Counted from the stretch's first letter, positions 19,701-33,500 are shown. The stretch is DNA of 64,000 nucleotides from a virus (IMGVR_UViG_3300025715_000017:1-64000); one strand, 5' to 3'. Translations and numbers: made by a program. The notes: generated by a model from the sequence alone, not told the origin.

Positions 19701-21553
19701 TTAGCGTATTACCTACACGGAGTGGTGATACACAGTTGGCTACTGGGCATGGCCTGTATTTCGATGGTGAGATGTGGCGTGCTTATCATGACATACGTAT
19801 GCTTGATAGCAGTGTTGAATTTGACACTGATATTTTAGTTACTGGTGATCTTGATGTATTTGGTGCAGGTGTATTCGACAGTGTGCGCTTAGTTGCAAAT
19901 GATGATGTTATTGCGGCCACAGGAACAATTCGATTCAATAGTAGTGTAAACAGATTCGAGGGCTGCGATGTTGCACAAAATTGGTGTGCTTTGAGCTCAC
20001 CTATTCTTGAGACTGCACCTCTGACAGACGGCGACATGTTGGTGTATTACGAGGGTGATTGGATCAATACATCCGCATTGGCTGTAAGAGGAAGCGGTGA
20101 ATCTGCATACATTTCAATTGAGCCTGTTGATATCCATTTCAACGATAAATGGTTATGGCGTAGTAGGATTATAGAAGTACCTGTTGGCGAAGGCTTAGAT
20201 AGCATTCAGAATGTATTATCACTTGTCGATAATTTTGAAGAGGAAGCATACTACATTAATATATTTGGAGATGCTACTGGTGATGAAAAACCAGATCCTT
20301 ATATTGGTGTGACTTTGCCAATTTCTTCTACGGAAGGTTTGAATCTTGGGTATGAAGATGGTTATCTTTCGGAATATCTGCTTGATGTTAATGGCACCTC
20401 TATTCTTAGAGGAAATACTTCAATAGTTGGAAATATCACGGCTTTGGGTGGTACTATTAATGGTACATTAACAGTAGGAAATGATCTTCTCGTTGACGAT
20501 GGTGATTTGGTATTGTTAAATGGCATGGTGGAAGCGCAGAGTCTATATATTTATGAGGAAGGTTTCTTTGGCACTACTGTTCGTGTAGGGTATAAACAAG
20601 GACCAGCAGAGATTGGTGCTATTCGTTATTCTACGCCGGATAATGTGGGGCGTGGTGATTGGGAAGGCTGGGATGGCGAGCAATGGGTATCGTTTACGGC
20701 GGGCTTTCATGGACAAGCTATTTGGGGCGAGCCTCTTGAAGGCGACGTTGTGGCCTTTGATGGTGAAAGATGGCGTCCATCGCAGGGTATGTCTATCATT
20801 GATGACACTATCTATCTTGGGCGGACTTTGCTCAATGGCAATGATGGGATTAATGGTGAAATTCGGTTTACTGGCACACATGCCGAGGTATTAATAAATG
20901 GATCATGGATTACACTTAATAATGGTTTACCTGAATTACCTTCTGGATCTTCCAACGGTGAAATTGCTTACTGGTATATTGATACTTGGCTTCCTACTGA
21001 TGCTTTGCTTGTCACACCTGAAAAGATACAAGTAAATAGCGTATTGGAGCTATCTAATTATATAGAAACAGCCCCAGCAGCAGGTGGACAAGTTCGGTAT
21101 AATCAGAATGACTATGAAGCATATATAGAAGATATTGGGTGGGTTTCTTTGACTGGGCATGTGCCTTTTCAGAAGCCATGGGAATATCCTAATCAATTAC
21201 TTTGGAGTGATGGTAATAATTGGGTAGCTTATGAAGGTATTGATATTGATCCCTTAAATGGCATTACATCTTTGGTGGGATCATTAGAAATTGCTGAGAG
21301 TATAATAGCAGGATCAGAAATAATTGCTGGTGACAGGATCACATCTGGTGCAGGTGTAGTATTAGCCATTGACAATGATCCCACGGATCATACACTATAT
21401 GCAGATGAACAAAATCGCCTCAGATATGATGGTAGTATAATAGGATATGGTGAAAATAACTGCGATGACAGTATTCCTCGCGGGGCAGTGTATTGGGAAG
21501 CTCGACAATTTCGTAACAGCTCATCTGTACGAATGATGACTAGGAGTATATAG
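16742..21553 (+). CDS. Large tail fibre/minor tail protein (1603 aa) with about 11 G.IR[YF]N...FEG...W repeats
   Basis: Follows the TMP and is acidic. I counted 11 copies of the motif (e.g. PGVIRFNESTENFEGCIQAGVW, GGQIRYNQNDFEGFVENIGW), typical of phage fibre shafts. Confidence 0.7.
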   Translation: MFLKYRNYAEDTLDGVLNETSTTLTLFTGGTMPDVPFLIYLTAGLTLSDLKTAERVLCYEALSSTTYTVARDWDNVIPVEDGEETTITGSEGDVDFVDLFTEDDIYFRIGDDAYLHRYSEGIIEPPLYRDVNGETARQIGTRNPWSRATTWEDGTTVLMLLGDVNIEELQDANRPYELPDNLEAVTLTLSSHIQIGDTVSEDAGIIKYADDDFWGYNGAEWLSLTQQGGEGGGDWTPPEGTIGDILYYTGSEVVEPTSRISVGETITIEGIEIDGDTIVLNNTVLAETYMTASAFEMDVDDLRVTADISFSVESPIIDLGGLVLENASVILRDPVVFQDYSLWSVTPEPDSPENGIMYYDESIGFRAYQAGAWHPMLVTEIENPFPIPADEHATVSYTAAEGWQPTSELLLDPDGAQFAGPIIIGEKPEEAPLVAGMIEYVNNDIQGILRHGDSYVRVSLTNILPSQILPDPDLNPNVIPYALNNEWVSSESFTYLAGVLSAPIVHLGSDELGGQITYSISADALRWCDAEGTWHNLTGTGGTVVVPGEIGSMLVSDGVEWSTAEGLSYISNVLSADGLQGHGLEIINIAEEAVASINSSGHIIGTRLEIGDIIISSLGISGVNSIQVEDLSVTTLRVDNLVVSDLPDTWAVETLNIGSFNFSVNEDDDLLLKYNALAIATVADTGEVTFNHDVTMPSLTIDGEVTFEYAITVGDEQYPGIQDTPGMIRYNGDFQGNLGNGRWASFTLSLADGSSGIGEDLLAPFGSGLYWNGEQWFRNDIFRIGEDGAICIGDTDTAYPGVIRFNESTENFEGCIQAGVWVPLTGIDVELPSLPTGSTDDSTLRWTGAYWVENPSLLSDGVMTWLNLLEIAPYENFYDNGSVSNFADVGESTVYIQGFSTAPTGVIQFSNHATEYQILTSTSEVMTIGQVGDLEHGLTNAVSEGITISIDGVLPRPEAAGGQIRYNQNDFEGFVENIGWVSFTGHLSVLPTRSGDTQLATGHGLYFDGEMWRAYHDIRMLDSSVEFDTDILVTGDLDVFGAGVFDSVRLVANDDVIAATGTIRFNSSVNRFEGCDVAQNWCALSSPILETAPLTDGDMLVYYEGDWINTSALAVRGSGESAYISIEPVDIHFNDKWLWRSRIIEVPVGEGLDSIQNVLSLVDNFEEEAYYINIFGDATGDEKPDPYIGVTLPISSTEGLNLGYEDGYLSEYLLDVNGTSILRGNTSIVGNITALGGTINGTLTVGNDLLVDDGDLVLLNGMVEAQSLYIYEEGFFGTTVRVGYKQGPAEIGAIRYSTPDNVGRGDWEGWDGEQWVSFTAGFHGQAIWGEPLEGDVVAFDGERWRPSQGMSIIDDTIYLGRTLLNGNDGINGEIRFTGTHAEVLINGSWITLNNGLPELPSGSSNGEIAYWYIDTWLPTDALLVTPEKIQVNSVLELSNYIETAPAAGGQVRYNQNDYEAYIEDIGWVSLTGHVPFQKPWEYPNQLLWSDGNNWVAYEGIDIDPLNGITSLVGSLEIAESIIAGSEIIAGDRITSGAGVVLAIDNDPTDHTLYADEQNRLRYDGSIIGYGENNCDDSIPRGAVYWEARQFRNSSSVRMMTRSI

Positions 21554-21555
21554 GC

Positions 21556-24500
21556 ATGGAAACTGCTAGATTTGAAACATACTATAAGGATGGTATACAA
21601 GTTGGTTATCTGACTAATCAAGTAAATCCTGGCAAGCAGATACAAGAATGCGAGATAACTTGGGAGGATGATTTTTATCAGCGTGTACAAGTTTATGCAT
21701 ATACTGTGCCTAGCTTGAATACTCAATATACCTTTTCACAATGGGAAAGATATATCTCCGGGTCGTGGACTCATTTTACTTACAATCCGCGTATAGATGA
21801 TTTTCATTTATTTGGATATGATTATCGTGCAGTATATTCGGCCATAGCTGGTCCGGCTACTTGCTTAGTGTCTTTTGAGGCAGGACTAAATGGCACACTC
21901 AGAGTAAATGGTGTGCCAGTGAGTAGTAAACAGTATACCACAGCTCGTGATACTGTTTATTTAAGCGATACTATTAGTGTAGTGCCAGATGCTGGCTATG
22001 TCTTTTCACATTGGACAGCCAATATTGGAGGAAGTGATCTAAATACAAATTTATCCTCAAGTATTAGTGGTCTTATTGGGCTAAAAGCATATTATGATAC
22101 AGTGTATACTGCACATTTCGTACCAGCAACATATACTATTAAGTATAGTCCTGATACGTATTCGCAGATTATTGGTGAGGCAGTTCAGATTAAATCTATG
22201 GGCAAATATACATCTGAAGTTACAGCGGTTATAAAAACGGATCATCTTAAGACTAAGATATTCAGTCAATGGTCAGATGGAGAGTTAAATGCAACACGCT
22301 CAGATCTTGTTGAAAGGGATCGTACTTACCATGTATGGACTACGAATAGGTTGTATGATTGCCATTTTGAAACTGATGGTCTTGAGTCAAATATTGGCTA
22401 TATAGTAATTGATGGATCAGGACAGCAGCAGTCTATAGATCAATCTGTAGCATATAATACAAGTATTACAGCAACAGCTTCACTCTATTCAGCATATACT
22501 GCTTCTCATAAATTTCTAGGATGGTATAAAAATGATGTGCTTGTAACCTCAAATACTATACTGACCCTCACTATAACTGAGGAGGGAACTTGGCAAGCAC
22601 GATTTGCACGTAAATCTTATACAGTGAATTTCGTGCCAGGAACTAATGGCATTATTACAGGTAGTCTTGTTCAAACCGTTTCACATGGCTCTAATTGTAC
22701 AGCAGTTACGGCTATTCCCAACGAGAATTACACATTTAAAATGTGGTCTACCTCTGCTACAAGTAATCCATATACTTATTCAAATGTCACAAGTAATCGT
22801 ACAATATATGCATATTTTGAACCGATTGTGTCCCCTCCTGAAACATATACAGTGACATATACTGTTGAAAATGCTGAGGGGCTTGCTGAAGCTTGTGGCA
22901 ATATTTACAGTAGTATTGGACTATCATTATCACGGTCATTTACTGATATTGCAGAAGGTTCTGATATACCTGAGCCGATAATAGCAATACCTCTTACTGC
23001 GTATGAATTTTGGAAATGGGCAGATAATGACTCTACTGATCCTGTGCGCCAGGATACAAATATAACTGCTGACTTGGAAATAGTAGCTTTATTTACTAAA
23101 AAGCGATATACATTAACATATTCTACTAGTATTGGTGGATCTCTTCAAGGTGTAACCTCACAAATAGTAATGCACGGTAATAATAGTACTCCAGTACTGG
23201 CTGTACCTGCTGTAGGGTATGACTTTACAAGATGGCTATCTGATAATGTTACTAGCAATCCAAGACAAGATCTCAATGTTATTGCAGATAAAACTGTTAC
23301 AGCTCTATTTACTGTTGAAAATTATGCTGTATCTTTTGAGGTAAATGATTCAGATCTTGGTGAGATCAGTGATGATACTATACAATATGTAGATTATAAT
23401 GAACTTTGCATAGGAGTTACAGCTAATGTAAAAGAATCAGCTGTAGGATATGAATTTAAATATTGGGCTAAAAGATATAATGATGGCACAGAAGAGCAAG
23501 TTACAACACTTTCAACATTACCACCAACGCGAATTACAGAGGCGGTAACTTTTATTGCTTATTTTGGTCTAATTGAACACACACTTACTTACAGTACAGA
23601 AGCACAGGGAATTTTACTTGGCGCAACTGCACAGACTGTAGAGCATGGTGGTGATGGTTCCACTGTGACTGCTGTACCAATGGATCATTGGCACTTTGTA
23701 CAATGGTCAGATGATAATACAGATAATCCCCGTACTGATGAAAATATCACACAGGATATATCTGTTACAGCAGAATATGCAATAGATACTTTCACTCTTG
23801 AATATGCCGCTGGTGCTAATGGGTCTATTTCTGGCTATACACCACAAACAGTAAATTATGGTGCTTCTGGCACAGCAATACTTGCTGTGCCAGATACAGG
23901 TTATCACTTCGTTGAATGGTCTGATAGCAATACCAGTATTTTGCGTACTGATGTTTTCGTGACTGAAAATATTTCTGTAACAGCATTATTTGCAATTAAT
24001 GAATACACAATACAGTATATAGTTGAGGGGGCATCTGCTGGGCATATTGAAGATGAGCTAAATTTAGTACAAACGGTGGAACATGGCTCTAATGCCATTA
24101 CTATGACTGCTGTTTTAGACTTGCCGACAAGTCATTATTTTCAAGGATGGTATTTAAATGGCTCAACTTTTATCAATAATGACCTTACACATCAATTAAC
24201 GAGCGTCACAGCTGACACGATTATCACTGCACGTTTTACTATTAATACTTATGTAATAACATATCTAGCAAATAATGAGGCATATGGCCATATTACGCCT
24301 GATTTAACTTATGCTACACATGGTGGTGTCAGCAATCCCGTAGTAGCAGAAGCATATACAGGATATGAGTTTGCTCAATGGTCAGATGGAGAACTTGCTA
24401 CTTCCAGGTTTGAAACTGGTGTAACAGAAAACTTAGAGATCACAGCAGTATTTCAAATTGCAGAATATTCATTAGACTATACCGCAGGATCTAATGGATC

Positions 24501-27500
24501 AATAGTTGGGGATACATCACAAACTGTTCAGCATGGCTCTGATGGCACAGCAGTTACAGCAGTTGCAGACGCACATTATGAGTTTTGGAAATGGTCTGAT
24601 GAAGTTCTTGATAATCCACGCGCTGATACAGAAGTCACTGATGATATTGCTGTAACTGCCATATTTCGTTTAGAGCGTTTCACACTCACTTATACCGCAG
24701 GGGTAAATGGTAGTATTGGCAGTGGAGCAATACAGGAGGTTGAGTATGGCGCAAATGCTGCTCCTGTCTATCCAGTACCAGCGCAAAATTACAGCTTTAG
24801 TACTTGGTCTGATCTTAGTACAGATAACCCGCGTATAGATACTAATGTCACGGGTGACATTACTGTAGAGGCATCTTTTGTATATGATCCTACATTATAT
24901 ACAATAGAAGGCGAGACAGAAGTTGCAAATACGCAGATTATCGCTGGATTGCAAGGCGCACAAGCTGATGTTGATGGTAATTTCTCATTACAAGCTGCCT
25001 CAGGTCCAAATACAATTATTGCCGAGATCAATAGCCATACCTTTAATCCAATATCCCATTCTGTAAATGTCACTGAAAATTTGCGTCGTTGGCAACATAC
25101 GTTTGATGGTGAGGTTTGGTGTTTACAGAAACTATCAGATGGCTCCGTTGTTGTTGGTGGTGCTTTTACCACAATTAATGGCATATCAAGAAAACATTTA
25201 GCACATTTTACTTCAGAAGGCGATTTGCTAGATGACTTGGATTTTGATATTTCTATATATAGTGGCGGTTGTTATGTTGCTTGCATGTATTACGATGAAT
25301 CCAACGAGATGTTATATATTGGTGGGCGTTTTGGTGTACCTGATATTTATTTAGTGATGCATAATTATATTGCCTGTGTTGACTTAACTTATAATTATGT
25401 TGATCCTACTTTCACGGTGGCAAGTATTAATGGTACAGTGAGGTCTATAACTCAAGGGCATAATGGTTCAGCTACTGAGCTTGTTGTAGGCGGCTGGTTT
25501 ACTTTACCAAAATTATATTTGATGGCAGTGGATCACACTACTGGGGCTGTTAATGCTACTTTTCAAGAAGTTGATGCAGTTGTTTACATTGTCAAGAATA
25601 ATGGCACGGATTTATATGTTGGTGGTGCTTTTACCACAAACAATTCCAATTTAGCTAAGCAAGATCTTTCAACAGGCACGTGGACTTGGTATCCAATTAA
25701 TCAAGGTGTGACTGGCACACATACGATACGGGCTATTACAGATATTGCTGGTACTGTTTTAAATGGCACATTAATAGGTGGACAGTTTGAAGAGGTCAAT
25801 ATTGGTGGTACAAAATATCCGCGAAACAACCTCGCATTAATGGATTTGAGTGCCGGTACACTTAGCACCACTACACTAAACGTTACAGGTACTGGTGCAA
25901 TTGTACACTGTATCACAGATCAGTATAGGTTAGGTGGTATATTCACATCTGTAAATGGTGAGACAAGAAACAATGCTGCACGAATTAACCCTAATAATGA
26001 CACTCCTATACATGGTCAATATCTATATGCGTATAATCCCGATGTCACAGGTACAGTCTACGCGATTGCTGAGATGGTAGAGGGTGGCAGTGTACCACGT
26101 GATGCGCGTGTACTGGTAGGTGGCAACTTTACTGAAGTTGGTACATATACTCGTAACAACATTGCCATGACACATACAGGTAATCTCGTCTATAATGGTT
26201 TACGCTTCGAGCCAACTATTAATAGATATACCATAGAGTATACTAACACTGATAGTCATGCTAATTTTGTGGGTAATACTTTACAAACAGTAGATCATGG
26301 CGAAGATGGTGAAGTCATTACAGCCACACCAGATACAGGCTATCAATTATCTACATGGTCAGATTACGAGTATGTTGATCCTATTGAAACTACTCGACAA
26401 GATCTTAATGTTACTGGAGATATATCTGTAGACCTTATTACAATGGTTCGGCAAATCGTACTTTGGTATGCACCAGGGTTAAATGCTTCTATTACAGGTG
26501 ATAAGGTACAACTTGTCAATTATGGTGGTAATGGTACTGCTATAACAGTAGTGCCCGCGCCACATTGTAATTTTGTGCGTTGGTCTGATAGCAATACGGA
26601 TAATCCTAGACAAGATCTTGCTGTAACGAGTAATGTACTTGTATCTGCTGTGTGTGAATTGGATACATTCACTCTGACATATGCTGCGGATGCTAATGGA
26701 GAGATTGATGGCAATACACCACAAATAGTATCTTATGGTAGCGATGGTACATATGTACAAGCTATTTCAATTTCTACGCTTTGGGTTTTTGATAGCTGGT
26801 CTGATGGTAACACAGATAATCCACGTATAGATGTATCTGTCACGGATGACATTACTGTTACTGCGAATTTTGTAGCAGCAAAATATGCAATATCTGGCAC
26901 TGTTGGAGTAGAAAATGTTAAAATTGATCTAAGTGATGGGCAATTCACGTATTCTGATAGCTCTGGTTACTTTTTATTCGATGCAGTTGAAGTTGGTGAA
27001 ATTACAATTACACCAACTAAACTTGGTTTTAATTTTACACCAACTAGTAAAACCATTAATCTTGTACAGGATTATACGGGTTTCGAGTTCCTTACGGACA
27101 CATCCGTTGCTAAAGTATTGGTACGGCCAATAAATAGTAAGATGCTAATTGGTGGAGATTTCACTGAAGTTAATGGCTACCCCCAAAGTCAGTTAGCAAG
27201 ATTTATACCTACAGATCTATTTGAGTTTTCTTTTAGCCCAATATTGCCTAGCAGCTGCAAAGATTTTCTGATCCAGTCAGACGGTAAAATTATGGTACTT
27301 TGTGAGGACTCTGTGCTACGGCTTAATACTGATGGTACTGCCGATGGTACTTTCACTACAGCTACTTTGAACGGATTAGGTGAGTGTCTTGGTATACAGA
27401 CTGATGGCAAGATCATTATTGGTGGTGCATTTACCACAGTGAATGGTGTTACACGTAACCATGTTGCACGGTTAAATACAGATGGTACTCTTGATATTGC

Positions 27501-30500
27501 ATTCAATCCTGATATCAATGGGGACTGTTATGCACTTGTAGTACGTCCAAATGATCGGATTATTATTGGTGGTGCTTTCACCACAGTAAGTGGATCCATT
27601 AGAAATTATATTGCTAGACTTGATTCTAATGGTGTTTTAGATGGCACATTTAATCAAAGTCTAAATGGTGCCTGTAGAATCATTACTCTACAGAATACCA
27701 TAGACCATGCAAACTGGATGGTAATTGCTGGTGACTTCACTGAAATTGCTGGCGAGGCTAGACAGTATGTTGCTAGATTAGACGCAGATGGCGAACTTGA
27801 TGCTAGCTTTGCCCCCGTACTTGATGCTCCTGTATTATCTATTTGTGTCAAGGTTGATGATACTATATTAATTGGTGGCGAATTTACAACTGTTGATACT
27901 GAACTGCATGGTCATATTGCACAATTTCTTGCTGTTGGCACACTTGATGACTCTTTTGTTACTTATTGTAATGATAATGTTACAAGCATTGCTGTACGTG
28001 AAAGTGATGACAAGATCATTATTTGCGGTGATTTTGATTATGTCAATAGTAAAAGCACAAATAATAATGTTCGTCTTAACAGTGATGGTACACTGGATCA
28101 AGGCGTTTACTTCGAGCCTGAATATATAACATTCACCTGTACATACACTGCTGAAGATGGTGGAATGATTGTTGGCGTGACACCACAAACAGTAGAAATT
28201 TATAATGATTGTTCTACCGTTGAAGCATTACCCTATAACAATGCTACTTTTGATGGCTGGAGTGATGGAGTATTAACGGCACAGCGTACTGATGAAAATA
28301 TAACTGAAAATATAACTGTTACTGCGCAGTTTACACTCTATTATACCATACAATATGCTACCTCTATAGGCGGTACCATTGATGGAACAACTTTACAGCT
28401 CATTGCAAGTGGTAATTCTGGTACAGAAGTTATAGCATTGGCTGATCCATTATATGTATTTAGTCACTGGTCTGATGGTAATACTTCAATTACACGTACT
28501 GATGGCAACGTACTTGCTGATGCTACATATACGGCTAATTTCGTATTGCTTGCAGATCAGTACACCATACAGGGTAATGTTGAAGTTACAGATGCTAGTA
28601 TCACTGTAACAGGGGATGACACACTCACATCTATTACTGATGGTAATTTTCAAGCAGCAGTAAGCTCAGGTACGAAAGTATTTACACCCACGCATACACA
28701 GTATGATTTTACACCAGTAAACGCCTCGCGTAATATACAAAATTCGTTATATGCTTGGAGGCATCAGTTTGCTGGCATAACTAATTACTATGCAATTTTT
28801 GCAGTTGGGCACATCGCTGATGTTACAGTTATTGGTGGTAACTTTCGATTTGTTAATGGTAATCTCAGAACAAGTTTAGCATTTTTCGATTCTACGGGTA
28901 TGCTACTTGATATTCCCTTGGTCCTAACTTATGAAGATTCACCTGAAAAAGATGTTGTTATTACCTCATTATATTATTCACCAGCTATTAATAGTCTATT
29001 TATTGGCGGTGAATTTACGCATGTTCAAGATGGCACTGCAAAATATGCTCGACGTAATCTAGTGCAAATTGATTTAGATTATAAGGTCACATCTTTCGAT
29101 GCGGGTATTACCATAGTACCACGATGTATACATGAATCTGGTCTAGCAGTTTTTCCGCTTGGTGATCTCACTGATGGTTTGCAGTATTATAACAAGATTA
29201 CTGGTGCTTTGATGGGTTCAGTACCTGCTTGTAATGGTACAGTGTATACAATTACACGATCTACAATAAGTGGCAAGCATAATTTATTTTTTGGCGGCGA
29301 TTTTACTGTGATAAATGGTCAAACACAGAATAAAATTTGTCGTGCTTATTTAGATAATACAACCTTGACTATAGCCACTAATTTTGCCCCAACAGCAGTT
29401 GATGGCACAGTACGCGCATTATGCCTCGATGCTAATGGCTATCTTTGGGTCGGTCGGCAAACCTCTAATTATTTACGTGTACTTAATATTAGTACAGGGG
29501 GAAATGCACCATATACCTTAGAACAACCAACACATGCTGTTTTTAATTTGCATCTCAAGGATGATACTATCTTTGCGGGACAAACACCTTATACTTTAAC
29601 AGGTGGTATTAAAGATGATCCTTTATCTTTCAGCTCGGCAGCTATAATCTATGCAAGTGATGATCCTGATATTACTGGGTTAGGGTATGCAACAGATATT
29701 CTTGGAGGTAAATTTACCTCAACGAATGGGCATACACGATATGGTGTTTGTCGTTTAGGCGCAACTTACAATACGCTATATGAGGGCTTGAAGTTTCTTG
29801 CAGCACCGAAACAATTTACTCTAACTTATACTGTTGATGCTAATGGCACACTTGATACTGGAGTGCTTGAAGTAGAACAGCAAGTTGATTATGGCTCTAC
29901 TGGTGTTGCTGTTACGCCTACTGGTAATACTGGTTATTCTTTTGCTTGCTGGAGTGATAATGCTTCTGTACTTGGAGAAGTTGCGATACTGGCAGCAGAA
30001 GGTGCTACTACTGTAGAGTTTACTGGCTCAGTTGAAAGTGGATTGGTTCGTTTTGGGATTAGTGAAGTCATCTATCTCATTGTGTCTGCTGATCCAATTA
30101 GCCATACCATTGAACTGTGTCAATACTATGACAGAGAAGCAGGTTTAGTTGAAGAGATTGCTGCTGGTATAGAAATTCATCAAGTCAACTCACAAAATCC
30201 ACGCATAGACGAGAATGTTACTGATGACTTAGCAGTTACAGCCTTCTTTGGGCTTATAGAATATATAATGAAATATACCGCAGGTGCTAATGGTACTTTA
30301 ACCTGTGCGGGCGAAACTGGCTTAACCGAAGTTCAACAAAATGTGCTACATGATAGCACTGCTGATATGGTCACAGCAGTTCCTGATTTTGGATATGATT
30401 TTGTTGGTTGGGATGATGGTGTATTCACGAATGCTCGTACTGATCTATCCGCCAATATTAATGTTACAGCATATTTTGCTACTGGTCAATGGCTAGTAAG

Positions 30501-33500
30501 TTATCTTGCTTCTGAAGGTGGCACTATTGAAGGTGATACTTCTCAGATAATTACGCATGGCTCTGATGGCTCAAAAGTCACAGCGGTTGCTAATACTGGA
30601 TGGCATTTTGTAAACTGGAGTGATGCTTCCGAAGTTGCAGAACGTCAAGAAATAAACGTCACAGAGAGCATGGCATTTACTGCAACTTTTGAAAGAGACT
30701 CATATACTTTAACTTACGCCACTGACAATTATGGCACACTTATTGGCGAAACCACACAGACAGTATTGTATGATGACAGTGGTACAGCAGTAACAGCAGT
30801 ACCAATAGATCATTATACTTTTTTGGAGTGGTCAGATGAACGTACTGATAATCCACGCATAGATGCCAATGTCACTGAAGATGTAGAAGTCACTGCAAGA
30901 TATACCGAAGCTAAGTACACCATTACTTATCGTGTAAGTGATTCTGATGCTGGCTTACTCTATTTGTATGAAGATGCTACTTGGGTTGCTTATCCTGATG
31001 GGATTACATTAACTGATATAGAATATGGCAGTAGCACTGAAATTTCAAAAGTTAAGGTGGAAGTACTTAATCCTGATTATACTTTTGTACAATGGGATGA
31101 TGGCGTACTTACATCCGAGAGATATGAGTCTGATGTTGATGCTGATAAAGAGATCATTGCAGTTCTACAATACAAGATTTGTTCCATAAGTTACCTCACT
31201 GATGAAAATTGTACAGTGTCAGTGGATCAATCTACTTGGTTAGATTCCATTCAAGATACTTTGAATAGTGGTGAAGATGGTCCTGTAATCTATGTGCAGG
31301 CTAAACCTGGATTAAATTTCATAGGTTGGAGTGATGGCAATGCTAATAATCCTCGGCAAGATCTAAATATCCACTTAGACCTATTAGTTACTGCCCTTGC
31401 TTCTGAATCTGGTTATCTCAAGATTCGTTGTGTTACTAATGATGATGCAGCAAATGAACAAGAAGTTGGCGTGGATGTAGAACCCCGCAAGTCAGGTCGC
31501 TGGAGAATTGCTGGCGAGACATCTTATTGGCGAGAATATGGCATTTTTTATGCCGTGCCTATAGGCGAAGTAACTGTCGAGTGTGATAATGTTAATGGGT
31601 TTATTACACCAGCTATAGAACATATAGATATTGTCACTACGGGTACTTATCAAACTTGTGATATTGAATACACTAGGTCAGTCTATACAATTAGTGGGAA
31701 TATCCATGATTCTGAAGATATTGGACAAGCAAATGTAGATATACTAGATGCTGATGATATTTTAATTGCAAGTACCGATGTTAATGGTGATTATACTGTA
31801 TCTATAGATGCAGGCACAACTATAATCTTACGCCCTACTTATGGTGGTTGGAGTTTCCATCCCGAAACACGTAGATTTGATGCTCTTGCTGAAAATATGA
31901 CTGGACAAGATTATATCTGCGAAGAGAGTGGCGTTAGCATAACTTATACTGTGTCTTTGCAATCTGGTGGTGGTGGCTCTGTAGTTGGTGCAGGTACATA
32001 TGCAGCAGGTACAGAAGTTGTTATTAATGCCCTACCTGATACTGGATATGACTTTGTGGAATGGCGATATGTTAGTACGGGTGTACAATATGGAACTGAT
32101 GCTGAAAATACTTTTGCATTGAACTACAATATTTCTTTACAAGCCATATTCACTACCGCAGTATACACTGTTACGGCCAGTGCAGGATCAGGCGGGACAC
32201 TTACTTGTGCAACTTCACAAGATATATCTTATAATACCATGTGCATAGTTTCATGCACATCAAATACTGGATATACATTTACAGGATGGTACGATGAGAA
32301 TGAAGTTCGTAAATCTCTGCAAACCACTTATAGTTTTGCAGTTATGCAAGATGTGACACTAGAAGCACGGTTTGTACTTACAGAAAGCATACCCCCTGAA
32401 GATACACATGGCGATATAGTTGGACTTATGACTGATGAGATGGGCATAGATGGTCTACTCACTATTGGTAATAATGTTGATGAGCCTACTGGTATAGCTT
32501 TAGGTATTTGGCGAGCCAATGATACAGATAGTTATCCATTAGATGAGTGGTATCTTGCTATTACTGATGAGCATATCGCTACTCAACGTGGTTTATTCAA
32601 CGCGCCATCAGATCAGACTATTCATATTGCTTTTGGTGAAACCACAGAAATTCCCACATTACAGGGCACTACTTTAGAGTATACTTCGGCAGAAATTGGG
32701 ACACTTAATGCAGCAACACTAAATGCAAATATAGCTGAAGTTACTAATCTCACTGTGTCTGGTATCGCTTCTTTCTTACATGGTTCGGATATGTATACAG
32801 ACTCATTATTTTCCACAGGCTATATTCATGTCGGACAAGATAATACTTATGATAAGCGTATTGGTGCAATTCGATATACAGGAGCATTACAAGCGGAAGT
32901 AATTGAAGTTAATGGCACAAGTATCACGTTTGATCAGAATTTTGGTAATATTATTGGTGCGCCTTTAATTTATCGTGGTGCTGCAACTGAATTTACTATT
33001 CAAAGTGGATCAGATGATACTTTCATACTCAATTCTGCCGGACAACTTGGTGAGTGTATTATACTTATTGCTGGTGATTGGGAAGGTTGGAATGGCACTG
33101 AATGGGTTTCATTTACATCTTCTGGTGGAGAGGATGGTTCTGGTTTACCCCCAGTTTCTGGTGATAATAAATTTCTTGTATCTGGAAATGATGATTGGAC
33201 CATCAAAACACTTGAAGATGTACAAGCACTTATTGGCGAGGGTTTACCCATACCAGAGGCAGCAGGTAATTTACTTTTATCCACTGAGGACGCATGGGAT
33301 CAAGTAGACGCTGAAAGTATACTTCCAGATATCATGGAAGATAATAGCTTTATGGTTTCTGATACAGGTAGTTGGGCCGCCAAAACTATTAGTGAAACTA
33401 GAATAATTCTAGGCATAACTTATACACATACATTGATAACCATCGCAGATGTTCAAAAAATTGGAAACGATCTTGACTTTCCACTTGACGGTGACTATGT

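Noticed and set aside
19610-21160. Similar DNA segments in the 1603-aa gene as a DGR template/variable repeat pair
   Set aside because: Differences are not confined to adenines, both copies are internal coding modules, and no reverse transcriptase is in the window.
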